From Chrysomallon squamiferum (Eukaryota; Animalia; Mollusca), in assembly GCA_012295275.1 (NCBI GenBank), contig CM022667.1:19654001-19718000 (forward strand): a DNA stretch of 64,000 nucleotides, written 5' to 3'. Every line of letters begins with the position of its first letter. The stretch's first letter is position 1. Of the stretch, positions 1-13,307 are shown in pieces. The notes under the pieces were generated by a model that was not told the DNA's origin, did no database searches, and saw nothing but the letters and a program-made list of their open reading frames with translations. A program made the position numbers and the translations under genes.

Positions 1-19
1 TTTTTTATTATATTTTTAA

Positions 20-65
<46 letters not shown>

Positions 66-939
66 ATTCGTGTTATTATTATTATAATTTTGATATCTTG
101 ATTAATAATGAAGTACAACAACAAAAGAATATAGTTTCAAAGTAATGCCATATTTGCATCATTGTATGTTCACTTCAATTAAAAAAAAAAAAAATGGTTG
201 TACTAAAAACAAACAAGGTGAAAACCTCAGTGACAGCTGAACACAGGAAGTGTCTGACGAAGACGCTGATGTCACAAACCTGAGACATGCCTAATGATAA
301 CTACCTTGTGAACACAACCAAAAGTTGAACTAGTTAAAAGTTAAAAATACCCTCATAATTAACTGCATCCTGGTATTTACACTTTAAATGACAATACCTT
401 CTGTACATCTTCAGAATATTTATTGTTTAAAGTACAGTTAAATTTTTAAAGTTTATAATAAATGCTTATTTAACAAAATATATATATATATATTCAGAAT
501 AACTATGTAAAAGTGTACTTGTTATGAAAACACTCAAAACTTTGTTGTCATTTTTATCTCCCAGACAAATTAATTTCCCTTAAAAACACTTCTTTAAATA
601 ATGTTACTTGAGTTGAAAAAAGTCAAGGTAACAGGCCAATGAACTTGTGTACAAAATATCAGCCAGATTTAATCTTGTAGACAGCCATAATTTTGTTCTT
701 CTTTTTTTTTCTTTTTCTGTTTAGATTTTTGGTTAAGATATGCCAGAGTATAAAACTGATGTTTTTGTTAGCTAATAACCAGCTTATTTTCAATAGGGCC
801 ACAAGTCATTTGATGAATCTGTTCTGTAACTCATCTCCAGAAACTGATACTATATACACTTGTGTCAGTATCTAAGATATATACACACATGAGCACAGTT
901 TTCAACTCCTCATTTAGCTGAACTCAAACACTGTAAGGT

Positions 940-1215
940 CTAGTCAGTTCAAAACTCAAACTGCACAACACTGTCAGTTTAAAAATCAAATTGAACAAAT
1001 TGTCAGTTCAAAAATCAAAATGGACAAATTGTCAGTTCAAAAATCAAACTGAATAACTTTTGCACTGCCAGTTCAAAACACAAACTGTACAATCTAGTCA
1101 GTTCAAAATTCAAAACTGAAAGTGTATCATCTAGTCAGGTCAAAATTCAAGCTACACAATCTAATCAGTTCAAAATACAATCCTACAAACTAATTACTGA
1201 GTTCCAAACTCAACC
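940..1215. repeat. Degenerate tandem repeat of about 30 bp (gtcagttcaaaa.tcaaactg)
   Basis: About 8-9 recurrences of gtcagttcaaaa. Confidence 0.8.
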
Positions 1216-1914
1216 ATGCATAACTTGTTTAATGTTAGGATTCCAGAGTTTTGTAAAATTACTCGTACATATCTCAACAAACTCTATTTATGATTAACAC
1301 TGTAAAGAGCCACCAAATAATTTTTTGACTAGAATCTCCCTTTAAAGAATATTTCATGAAAATATTTCTTAGAAGAGTAGTCACAGTCTAATAAGAATGG
1401 ATACTAAAGAAACTGCATTTAATCCCTAAACCCTTGAGACCAGAACAGAAACTCTTTTCAACATCTTTGTCTGTGCTGAATTAAACTGAATTTTCTAGAA
1501 CAAATCTCTCTAGAATAAGGCTGAAACAGAAGTTTTAAAGTATGCATAATTTAAATTCACTCTCATTTGCTGCATAGTTTTACTGGCTTTACCATATTCT
1601 TATTTAAAAAAACAAACAAAAAAAATGTCCTTCTTTGTAGAGTCAGTACCATAACAATTATTTTAAAAAATCGTCTCATTACTAGTTGATATAATGTCCT
1701 AATGTCCACAATAACAGTAACAAATATCTTAATTAATTTTAAAAATATATATACTTCCCTTTATATTTATTTTAAAATATTTTTCTGGATATGTAACACC
1801 TAGTCAAAAAGTAATAGCAAAATAACCCCCATGTAAAATAATGAAATCATTAAATAGATTGTCTTCTGTATCACAGATCATTTTATAGTTTATTAGTTTG
1901 ATGTTTCTTGACAC

Positions 1915-2060
1915 TAAGAAATATCCAATATTACATGTCAGAATATTTAATACAGGAAATATCCAATATTCCATGTCATAATATTTACTATAGGAATATC
2001 CAGTATTATATCATATAAACAGTAACCTAGGACATATCCATTATTACATTTCACATTATG
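1915..2060. repeat. Degenerate tandem repeat of about 38 bp (ggaaatatccaatattacatgtca)
   Basis: Four visible copies. Confidence 0.7.
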
Positions 2061-2808
2061 TAATACAAACATAAAATGTATGTCATGACAGATAACCTAA
2101 GAAATCTGCACAATATAAATAATGTTTTTTTCTTCTTTCTTAAATAAAATAAAATAACAGAATAATAAATGGGAAAAGGAAGTGGATTAAAACTGACATT
2201 TTAAAAAATGGTTTCTGTTAATGTGGTTGACTAAAAACATATTTCAATACTTTAAAACAGTTTTAACACAATTAAAGAAAAACTGATTTGCCTGAAGCTC
2301 TAAAATGTCCTAGCATTCTTATTTTTTAAAGTCACAGATGCACACACATTCACACACATCAAGTGGAATCTGGTTTAATATTAATTGAGTTTTTTTAAAG
2401 ACAGAATTATATATATATATATATATATATATATCATATGTAAATGAAACAATAAAAAGTTATGAGAATGTTTCCAAAAAGTAACAGCATCCAGCAACCA
2501 AACACCTTTCTTTAGAAATTATAAAGAAAATCGTTACTTTTTTTTAAAGAGTGATAACTATGTTTACACTAAAAAAGATGAAAATGTATGGCAATATACA
2601 GATCAACAGAATATTACTCCAGAATTTAAAAAAAAAAAAAATATATATATAAAACTGATTAGATTATGACTCAGGAACAGTAACTATACATATATATCAC
2701 ATACATACAGAATTAATTAGTTAAAATTGTTTTACATCAAATAAATATTTAAAATTAGAGAGTAAAGTATATGTATACATAGAATTCCTGATTTAAAACT
2801 GTATCAAG

Positions 2809-4632
2809 TTAAACTGTTGATTCTCTCGCAATATGAACACGCACAGGTGCAGCAACACTGCTGGCACTGTACAGCGATGGCTGAGATGAATAAACACTGT
2901 CAATGTCTCTCTGTGACGTCACTGATGGCATAATCTCTGATGGTGTCAGTGGCTTGTGAGTTAAATTCCTCATAGTCTGAAAATAATTCTTGAACACGTA
3001 ACTTTTATCCGACTCTGCCAGAGATCGGATGTCACTGTCCTGAAAAGGTTTCATCTTTCTTTCCACATCAAAATGGCTGCTTTCTGTCATTGGTTTGAGA
3101 CAAGCTTTTTCCAGATGTTGTTTTGTCCTTCCTTTCCTCCACAGACAAACAGTCACAGTAAACAAACACAAGCCAGCCAGCACGCAAGCAATAACTATGG
3201 TAGCCTGAATGCTGACAGGAAGATGTTTTTCTTCGTATACAATGTCACATGCGTCAACGTCATGCTCGTCCACGTTCATGATTGGAAAGTTCAGCAGACG
3301 TGTTGGAGAAGAACATTTTGGTTGAGGACACTGCAGGTTGTTTTCCCGTACACATGACAATGTAAATAAAGACTTTTCATTCTGAAGCCACAGCCGAAAT
3401 GGTAAAATTCTGCAGTCACATTTCCAGTAGTTGTGTCTCACATCAAGAGACCCCAGCTTATCAAAAGCTGAAATAAATTGTTCTGGAATGTAATTGAGCT
3501 TGTTCCATGAAAGGTCTAATGATTTTAAATTTTGTAGTGTATTAAATAAATCTTTGTTGATAGTTTCTAAGTTACATGAAGATAAATTCAGCGTTTCCAG
3601 TCGGTACAATCCTTTGAAGGCAAGGTTTCGAATATTTCTCAAAGGATTTCCTGCCAAATTTAACTCTTCCAATTGTGGAGCTGTGGGACGCAAGAAATTC
3701 TCCGTCAACTGAGAAATCATGTTGTAAGATAAATCCAGTAGTCTGACATTAAAATGAACAAGTGCTTCATCTGATATACTTGATATTCTGTTTCTGGACA
3801 TGTTCAGAGTATTAAGTGTGATTCCAGAAAACTGGGCATCTCTGAATGTCCGAATCTCATTGTTGTCTAGCCACAAATGCTGCAAAGATGGCAGACTGCG
3901 GAATTCTTGTGACTGTGGCAACTCACTGATGCGGTTTTGGCCAAGGTCAAGAGTTATAATGCTTCTGACAATACTGAACATGTCATTGGCAATTATCATC
4001 AAGTTACATTTACGTAAGCTGAGATATTTCAGATTTTGAAGTCCCTGAAACACATATCCATGCAGATTGTACAAACTGTTTCCATCTAGTTTCAGAGACA
4101 CAAGACGTAGTTGGGATCGAAATACACCAGTTCTGAGATTAGTAAGCTGATTGTAGCTGAGATCCAAGTGCTCCAAATTGAACAGTGAGTCCAACATACT
4201 GTCTATGTCGTGGATGTTGTTGTTGGAAAGGTCAAGTGATTTCAAATTAGACAGGCCAAGAAACATATCAGCAGAAACAGAAGACAGCATGTTTTGTTTC
4301 AGACTTAGTTCTTTCAGATGAGTCAAAGTTTCGAAAGTGCCTGACTGAACCTCACCAACCCAGGACTCATCAATGGCCAGTTTTATCAGTGGGATGTGGG
4401 AAATCTGCTGGAAATGAGAGGGCTGAAGCTGACGAGCATTGGCAGTGATTCTTATGACAACTGTTGTGAATTCTGGGGTCAGAGAACTGAGGATGGAGGA
4501 GAGAGATCCTCCTCGACAGTCTGCCATTCGGTTCCAGGCTTGAGTGCCACATGTACAGCCAGGGGGACATAACTCTGAAACAACCCGACAGAAACACATC
4601 CAAGAGATGAAAACCAGTGCAAACAGCATCAT
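2809..4632 (-). CDS. Type I transmembrane leucine-rich-repeat protein (signal peptide, LRRNT, about 14 LRRs, LRRCT, TM helix, cytoplasmic tail), 607 aa, single coding exon
   Basis: Intact ORF with a hydrophobic N-terminus, an LRRNT (CPPGCTC), repeated LxxLxLxxN motifs and an LRRCT (NYWKCDC...C...C). The TM segment is ATIVIACVLAGLCLFTVTVCLW. No TIR domain is visible. A splice acceptor (ttttgaatttcag) at 4699-4700 implies an upstream 5'UTR exon. Confidence 0.9.
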   Translation of the reverse strand: MMLFALVFISWMCFCRVVSELCPPGCTCGTQAWNRMADCRGGSLSSILSSLTPEFTTVVIRITANARQLQPSHFQQISHIPLIKLAIDESWVGEVQSGTFETLTHLKELSLKQNMLSSVSADMFLGLSNLKSLDLSNNNIHDIDSMLDSLFNLEHLDLSYNQLTNLRTGVFRSQLRLVSLKLDGNSLYNLHGYVFQGLQNLKYLSLRKCNLMIIANDMFSIVRSIITLDLGQNRISELPQSQEFRSLPSLQHLWLDNNEIRTFRDAQFSGITLNTLNMSRNRISSISDEALVHFNVRLLDLSYNMISQLTENFLRPTAPQLEELNLAGNPLRNIRNLAFKGLYRLETLNLSSCNLETINKDLFNTLQNLKSLDLSWNKLNYIPEQFISAFDKLGSLDVRHNYWKCDCRILPFRLWLQNEKSLFTLSCVRENNLQCPQPKCSSPTRLLNFPIMNVDEHDVDACDIVYEEKHLPVSIQATIVIACVLAGLCLFTVTVCLWRKGRTKQHLEKACLKPMTESSHFDVERKMKPFQDSDIRSLAESDKSYVFKNYFQTMRNLTHKPLTPSEIMPSVTSQRDIDSVYSSQPSLYSASSVAAPVRVHIARESTV

Positions 4633-5998
4633 GATTCAACTGTCGTCAACAACCACACCAGGTCCAAACATCAACATCATCATTATTCAACTTGTCATCT
4701 GAAATTCAAAAATATATTCATATATTTAATCAAATCAATGTGTTGATTAAAAATAAAAAATAAAAATGAAAACAAAAATTAATAATAACAATATTAAGAA
4801 ATAAACAAATTGAATTTTTATAATAGCACATCAGTTACAATTCCCTATTCATAATCTACAAATGAGTGCTATTAAATGTATTTTGTGTGCTGGAGGCTGT
4901 TTCAGTTGTGTAATGTAATCATTCAAGATTACCTGTAATTTAGCAACCAATCAAATATCCTACAACATGACACCTATTACACACAGAATTTGACAAATAC
5001 ATACTCACCTAATTATATTCACAACTAGTTTTATTTAGGGTCAATTTCACTGCACTTAACAGATGTTAATAAGTTGGAAATTAGCAACTATTATTTATAA
5101 CTATCCAGAGAATGTTATACAAAATTAACAACACTTACTTTTCTCACTTCAAGAAATATTCTTATCATGTTTTCTTTTTCTCAGCAACTGAAATAAAACA
5201 ATTCTACATCTTCAGTTATTGATAAACAAAAAAAAAAAATATATATAAATAAAACAAAAAATTCATTTAAAATCATCATTTTGTTTCCACAATGTTATAT
5301 TTTAACTTTAAATAACAAACCAAAACCAAGTAAACAAACCCCAAACTGAAAATTAAATACATTTAAGAAAGTCTGTCAAACAGAAATTCTGTAAAAATGG
5401 AATCGTCAAACATACATCTTCATGTACTGATTAATTTTATACAGAAAGACAAATTTTCACATGAAAAGATAAATGATTTAAAATAAAGACCCGCAGTGCA
5501 CCTAAAACTTCAACAAATCTATTTTTAGCAAGTTGACTTTCTTGTACTTGTAACACGCACATTGCCATGGTAACATCTCCTATCTTTCTACCTGCAGAAT
5601 TCCTCTGATGTGAGGCATCCTGTACAAACATGTATCATCTGGACATTGCAAACAAATCACTCTGACCAGCTGACCAGCTGACCTTTGAGGTCAGTTAATT
5701 CTTGTCTCTGGGGAATCCTTTTGTACAAACTCAGTGAACCATAGCAAGTTAGTGCCATTGTTGAGATGATGGTTATTAAATACCGGTATTGAAGTTTATT
5801 CACTACAAAAGAGCTATATGTTACAAGTCTGGGTTACTAGACACTGTTTTTATCAGTACAAACTATCATCTTGTATTTCACCTGAAATGAAATAGAGCAC
5901 CACCCCAACCTATCCATATTCAGTCAGTTAAAGGTCATACACCAAATAGGCCTAGTAACAATGTTACCATCCCAACCTACACCACACAGTCAAACATA

Positions 5999-6900
<902 letters not shown>

Positions 6901-7393
6901 ACAATTGACAAGACCTGTGACTTAAAGAACAAAAATTCAGTAGTGATCAAAGTAAACATCCATTGTTGACAAAAACCTTTTGTTTTCACACCTGATCAGG
7001 TTTGAGTGTTTGTTTTAGGGAACCTGGTAGTGATAAAACATTTACACTATTAATTTAAATCTTCTTCAGTCTGTATTTAACTGTTTATTTTTCTTTATCA
7101 AAATCCAGTTCATAAAAAAAAATATTCCTCATCATACATTTAAAGAAATTTTGTATTTATTTATAAAATTAAAACATTAAATAAATATTATATCTGTTTC
7201 CCTGATTCTGATAAACAATTTTCTACAACAGATGGTTAAAAAGCCTTTAGCATATATACTGTTCTGAAAAAAAAAAAAAAAAGTTGTGAAATCTTTTTTA
7301 CTTTTAATACTAGATGGATGATAACATCAGCAGTACTTAACAAAAAAAAAAACAATTTTTATGCTACTTGGAATGTTATAATTTTATATAATT

Positions 7394-7492
<99 letters not shown>

Positions 7493-8499
7493 AATGCACG
7501 CAGCAGACACTACATTGATTAATAAGCTGAAAATTTAATAACAAAAAAAATATGCTGACTTGACAAGCCAGAGTCATATTAAGAACATCATCAATTAAGC
7601 TGTCATATACTTGTCATTCAAATAATGCAGACAGCTACAGCTCACACAGGAAATGTGTCTGTTGTTGCTCTCATTAAACAAAACACTTACTGAACTCTTT
7701 TTCTAAAAACCTCCATGAACATATTTTATTTTTGTTTTTTTGTCGTTTTTTTTTAACTTCTTTCTGACCTTTGTTTATCTCAATAATTTAATCTCCATTG
7801 AAACAAATAGCCTACATCTTAAAGGTATTCATTCCAAAAAAGAAAGAAAAGAAAAAGGAGATAAGTAAATAAAAATAAAAGAAAAGAAGTAAAAACAAAA
7901 AGGAAAAAAGAAAAGAAAAAATAAAGAAAAAAGATGACAAAAAGAGTAAAATATTTTGAGCATGAGTGATTATTTAATGTTTTAGTCATGAGGATTACAT
8001 GAAAAAAAAAAAACATTTAAAAATCAGTTTCAAATTTCTTGTTTTGCATGGCTTAAATTCTTTCTTTTTTTTTTAAAGAAGAAAAAATAAGACATCTTGA
8101 CACAAAGAACTAAGGACATTTCAGTATAATCAAGTACATGATAAGCTACACTTAATTTTTTTTTTTTTTAAAGTCCAACATTATAATATTTTTAAAATCT
8201 CAGAAATGGCAAAAGCATTTCTACTTTAATTTATAATGATACATTTTAGCATAACACAAACTTGAAACTGTGTATGCATTACATCATGTTTTATTTAAAT
8301 ACTTACACACAGTAATGATGTTAATAATAAACAGGTTTGTAATACTTCTCAGTCACTAATCAGAAATGTTTTTCAAATTTACAGGAATAGTTTATTTGTT
8401 ATTTTCATATGTTGATCTGTATAAGTTATACAATTTCAGCCTCTAATCTTTTATCAAGTGGACAACCCTCCTCATTTATTCACTATTAAATTCCCTGAT

Positions 8500-8543
<44 letters not shown>

Positions 8544-8779
8544 TAAATAAAGCATCTGTTGCTCTTATTGGGTAACTGCTTGGAATCTTTTATAAGCCTC
8601 TATTCACAGATAGTAGACATATTCCTCAATATTTAACATGTGTGTAGTGAGACTCTGGTTTGGAAAATAAAAAAAAGACTGGCACAAGAAATGAAAAATT
8701 GATTATGTTATAAAAAGAAAACAACTGATTCACAATTACAAAAAAAAAAATGCTTTAAATAAAAAAATAAATTTTAAAA

Positions 8780-8814
<35 letters not shown>

Positions 8815-9555
8815 GTTATAATATTTAAAAAAAAAAAAAGAAAAAGAAAACAGAAATGATAATGGTTTTACACATTAAAAACATTTAAAAAATTTGTTAT
8901 AAAAAAACTTAAATCAAAAAGAAAACAAAACAAAAAAAAAAAAAAAGAAAGAAAGAAACCCCTCAAAACCCCAAACCTGTTAATGCTGTTATTTTATAAA
9001 AAATAATACAGATTATTTATGTATGTAAGTTCAGACAACTACTAGGGTAGACAAAAATGTGCCAAGTTAATTTAAGAAAGTTGACATCGTCCTTCAAAGC
9101 AGTCATTGACCAAGCTTGAACCATTGTGACCCTAATGAACTCAAAACTTGTACTAATAAAACATTTATAGGTGAGGAGATACTGCACAATTTTTCTTCTT
9201 TTGTATTTGGTCAAGAAAACATTCTCATTCAAACACTAATCATATTTGAAAATATACAATAATAAAGAAATGTAAAAAGTCAGTGCATTAGAATTTATTA
9301 AGATGTTTTTTAAATCGTTAAAAATGAAAATAATGTCTTTAAATTAAAAAAAAACTAAAAATGATTTTCTTTATCATTTATTATTTCTTAAATCACCAGT
9401 CATACTTTTTAAGAGAAGATTTTGCAAACTGTGTATAAAATAAAATAAAAAATTTCATCAAATGTACCAGGTATATTTAATTTTTATTTCTAATACAGGA
9501 GACTAAAAGCCAATGCATGGAATGAAACATTTCTTCACCAAAAAAAAAAAAAAAA

Positions 9556-9867
9556 ATAATAATAATAAATAAAAGTAATAAAATAAAACAGTAAAAGATA
9601 ACAAGCAATATATTAAAAGGACAAATTTTATAAAATATAATAATAATAAATAAAATTAATAAAATAAAACAGTAAAAGATAACAGGCAATATATTAAAAG
9701 GACAAATTTTACAATACTTTTTATTTTTTTAATAGTGTGTGTGTGTGTGGGTGTGAAAGACACAGCAATATTGTATATTGATATATATGTATGTATGTGT
9801 GTGTGTGTATGTATGTATGTATGTATGTATGTATGTATGTATGTATGTATGTATGTATGTATGTATG

Positions 9868-9896
<29 letters not shown>
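9556..9896. repeat. About 80-bp tandem duplication followed by (TG)n and (TATG)n microsatellites
   Basis: aaaacagtaaaagataaca.gcaatatattaaaaggacaaatttta occurs twice; (TATG)n spans about 9808-9896. Confidence 0.9.
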
Positions 9897-9898
<2 letters not shown>

Positions 9899-10329
9899 TT
9901 TTTATTTGCTGTTTGGTTAAACTGATTAAGTTTATAATATTCACTTTGTACAAGGTTATAATAATTTATGATGTTTGTATTACAGTAGTAAATATGACAA
10001 CCTTGTTCAGTTTCACTCTTCTTTCATAGAGTTTCTCATTTTACTATTTTTTGTTTCTTTTTTTAGTATTCACAATGAATTAAAGTGTACTTAGAATTTC
10101 AATTACAGAACACTGCTGACACATGCCACTTCGGAAGTTTTAAGGGTTGTTTTTTTTTTTTTTTTTTCTTTTTATCTTAAAAAGGACTATTTTCTCAAGT
10201 ATATAATCAAAACTATCCTGGCTAGTTATTTCTACCAGTTAAAATTAAATTCTAAAGAGCTAAAATTTAAAAACAGTAATGAATTCAAATAACTAATCTT
10301 TAAAACCATTGTTTCAAATGTGTGTCCAT

Positions 10330-10403
<74 letters not shown>

Positions 10404-10644
10404 GTACATTTATATACTTTCCAATACAGTAACTGAATACGCATAAACAATCACTAATTTAGTAATTATTATTATACACATAATGATAATACAGTCAGTG
10501 TTAATTGGACTTAATTATTTGTATTCATGTTAACCGATTATACAAACGAGACTACATAAAAACCATTTTATACATACGTTTGTCTACATGATTACTACTT
10601 TTGATTGCCCAGTAATAAGGAAATTAATGTATGTGTCCACTCAC

Positions 10645-11150
10645 CTATTTCAATATTGCAGTGACCTCGTCATGCCCCGCCATACCATCATGTCACATCT
10701 GTCAAATCTGGTTTTCCCGCTTTAATGATTTCTTTTGTTATGAATTGTCGAAGTTATTAATTAATTTCAGTCTTTTAACTAACTTCATAATAACAATCCA
10801 GCAAATTTTCATGCACAAAATGTAACAAAGCTAACTACTTAGAAAACATCTACCTTAAGAAAACATCTACCTTCCCTACTTCACCATCACAAATTGCTTG
10901 TGACGATCCACATTCTACATGAATTGACATCGTGCTAAAAATAGACACGATGACAGGACGGTCTCTTTGTTATTTTGTAAGGTTTTTACATACTTTTGGA
11001 ATATATGGTTTTATTTTTGCAATAGGGTGTCTGTATCTCTCCTTTAGATGTACATTATTCAGTTTCTACTAAATACTCTGTATTATTTAATGGAAAAAGA
11101 GAACAGCGCTGTTTGTGATTTATTTATACAAGTATGTTAAATCTAAGTGA
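10645..11150. promoter_or_regulatory. Probable bidirectional promoter with non-coding first exons of the LRR gene (-) and ANO10 (+)
   Basis: Locally raised CpG/GC content. A consensus minus-strand donor TAG|GTGAGT lies at 10645/10644, and plus-strand donor-like sites lie at 11132 (gtatgt) and near 11148 (gtgagc). Both flanking genes have acceptors just upstream of their ATG (4699 and 13289), so each needs an upstream exon. Confidence 0.5.
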
Positions 11151-12192
11151 GCTTACCCTAGAACATATTGGACTGTTCCACCCAATATCCACTAGGAAAT
11201 AGGGAGTGCTTTTCGGATTGTATGTTTTCTTTTTTTTTTGGAATTTTTCCCCCATTTGCTTTCTTGTACAAGTTCTAGTAAGGATTTTTTTCAGACGACA
11301 GTTAACTTATGTAGTGAACTTCATTTTGCACAACTAAACCAGAGCTGTTCAGATTATGTTGTTACGATATAAACAAATTCTTTCGAAATGCCTTGTATGA
11401 CTACAACTCTAGCCACTAACTGGTAGTAGTAGTTAAACTACTAAGTTTTGATTTACTAACACCTTAGTTCGATGGCATGTAAAATGATATTTCCAATGAA
11501 TTATAGTTACAAACTGTTGTAGATATTCAAAATGCTACTGATACAGCATTCCATATTTCTCATATCTGCATTAAAAAATGATTTGATTATTTTTATTTAT
11601 TGAATTGTTTAAATTTATTTTATTTAATATTTAAAATTTTATTTTATTTAATTTTTTTATATATATAAAGTTTATTGGTAAATTGGTATGGAAGAGTGGA
11701 ATTTGTTGTAGTACAGGGTTGTTGAAACATTGAAATTTACCCAGCAATGATCAATTTCAAAAACTGCTGTCATCTTGGGTCACAATCGTGCTTTTTGATC
11801 TTCTGATTACATTTTTTACTTTGAGGTAAAGTTTTATTTTAATAATAGCTGAGTCATTACAGTAATCTGTTCTTGCATAGTTAAAACACTACAAAATGAA
11901 CAGTTTTCAAACTACAGTGTCAGGGTTACTTCAGATTTGGATGGAAAAGCAAGGTGTGGATTTATTGGTACATTCTAGAAATAAGACAGAAATTTAGGAG
12001 GAATCAGAATTCTAACAGACACTCAGAAAAATATCAGATCAGTCTGAATGTTACTGGATGAAAAAAAAATTAATTAAATAATTAAAAAACTCTGCCATTT
12101 TTAAAATCTGGGGTTATTATATAGTTAACTGCCCTATTGAAAGAGTGTTGTAAGCATGTCATTGCTGATGCTATGGGTAGAAAGGCTCAGTA

Positions 12193-12519
12193 CAGGTTGA
12201 TTATCCATTACATGAAATTGTGAAATCTGAAAAGATTTCTAATTTGAAACTTTTTCTGAGCAGCAGAAATATTGGTATCTGACAATTTTAGGAATGTTTT
12301 GAATACACAAACTTTATTTTAAGCATTAAATTATTTTAAATATTATATAGAAAATCCTGCAGTCTGTCTGTATAAATTGTATATGAAACATAAATGGAAT
12401 TTGTATTTAGACTTACATCCTATTCTCAGGCTGTCTTCCTTATATTCCAAAATCAGAAAAATTCTGAAATCCAAAACACTTCTGGTCCCAGGCATTTCGA
12501 ATAAAATATGCTCATCTTG
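12193..12519. mobile_element. Non-autonomous Tc1/mariner-pogo (Tigger-type) MITE, Tigger4/MER46-like
   Basis: Flanked by TA (12191-92 and 12520-21), with degenerate terminal inverted repeats CAGGTTGATTATCC ... ATATGCTCATCTTG. The 3' half (aaacataaatg, tttagactt, tattccaaaatcagaaaa, ccaaaacacttctggtcccaggcatttcg) matches my recollection of the Tigger4/MER46 consensus. Confidence 0.75.
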
Positions 12520-13307
12520 TACACTAACTGAGTCATTAATTGTGGACAGGAAGATGAAACTGAAACAAGGACTCTAAATGACCAATTGTTTGTTTCTCAG
12601 ATATTGATTACTTCTTTGTTCATATACATGAATATTTATAATTAGTGTAGCTTGCATGGATCTGTTTAAAATATAACCTAACATAAAAATGAGTAACTTT
12701 GAATGGTGATCCTTGCAACAAAAAGAAGTAATTGATTTCAAATAAAATATCTGTCATATTGGTTGATCAAGCAACTGATTAAGAAAATTATAATAAACAA
12801 AACAAAACAAAATTTAAAATATTTGAAAATAAAGATTAATATAGGATTGCCTAATGCAGAAGTTGTCTCCTAATTCAGTTGCAGTCTGTATATGAACTGT
12901 TTTTCAAAAGGCAGCATCACATTATCCCAAAGGTTGACTGGGCTGAAGCCTAGGCCCATGAAATCATTTTTACTTTTTTCTTTTAGCATTGAATGTATAA
13001 GATGATATTCTTTTCATTGTTACTGCAGGAATTGCTTTATTTGTAATATTATTGTAATAAGCTGTAAGAAATGAAAGCATGAAATTCACTGGGGGATGTC
13101 AAGGGTCCAAAGAAGCTCAAAGCCCTACCACCAGTTAAAATGGCATAGTTAAACAGTGAGGGTAAAAAAAAAATGATCTGTCCTGTTTAAGAAATTATTT
13201 ACAAATGTCACAAAACTGATTAGTAATTTACCTGCTACTTAATAAACTTGGTCATTGTTTTATAATGATAGAAATATGAACATTTTCAGGTCTGTGATTG
13301 AAAAGTC

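Noticed and set aside
3073-4639. Short ORFs overlapping the LRR gene
   Set aside because: They are shadow frames of a GC-richer coding exon with no independent signals. The same applies to shadows over ANO10, the hotdog gene, PPIB and ANKRD11/12.
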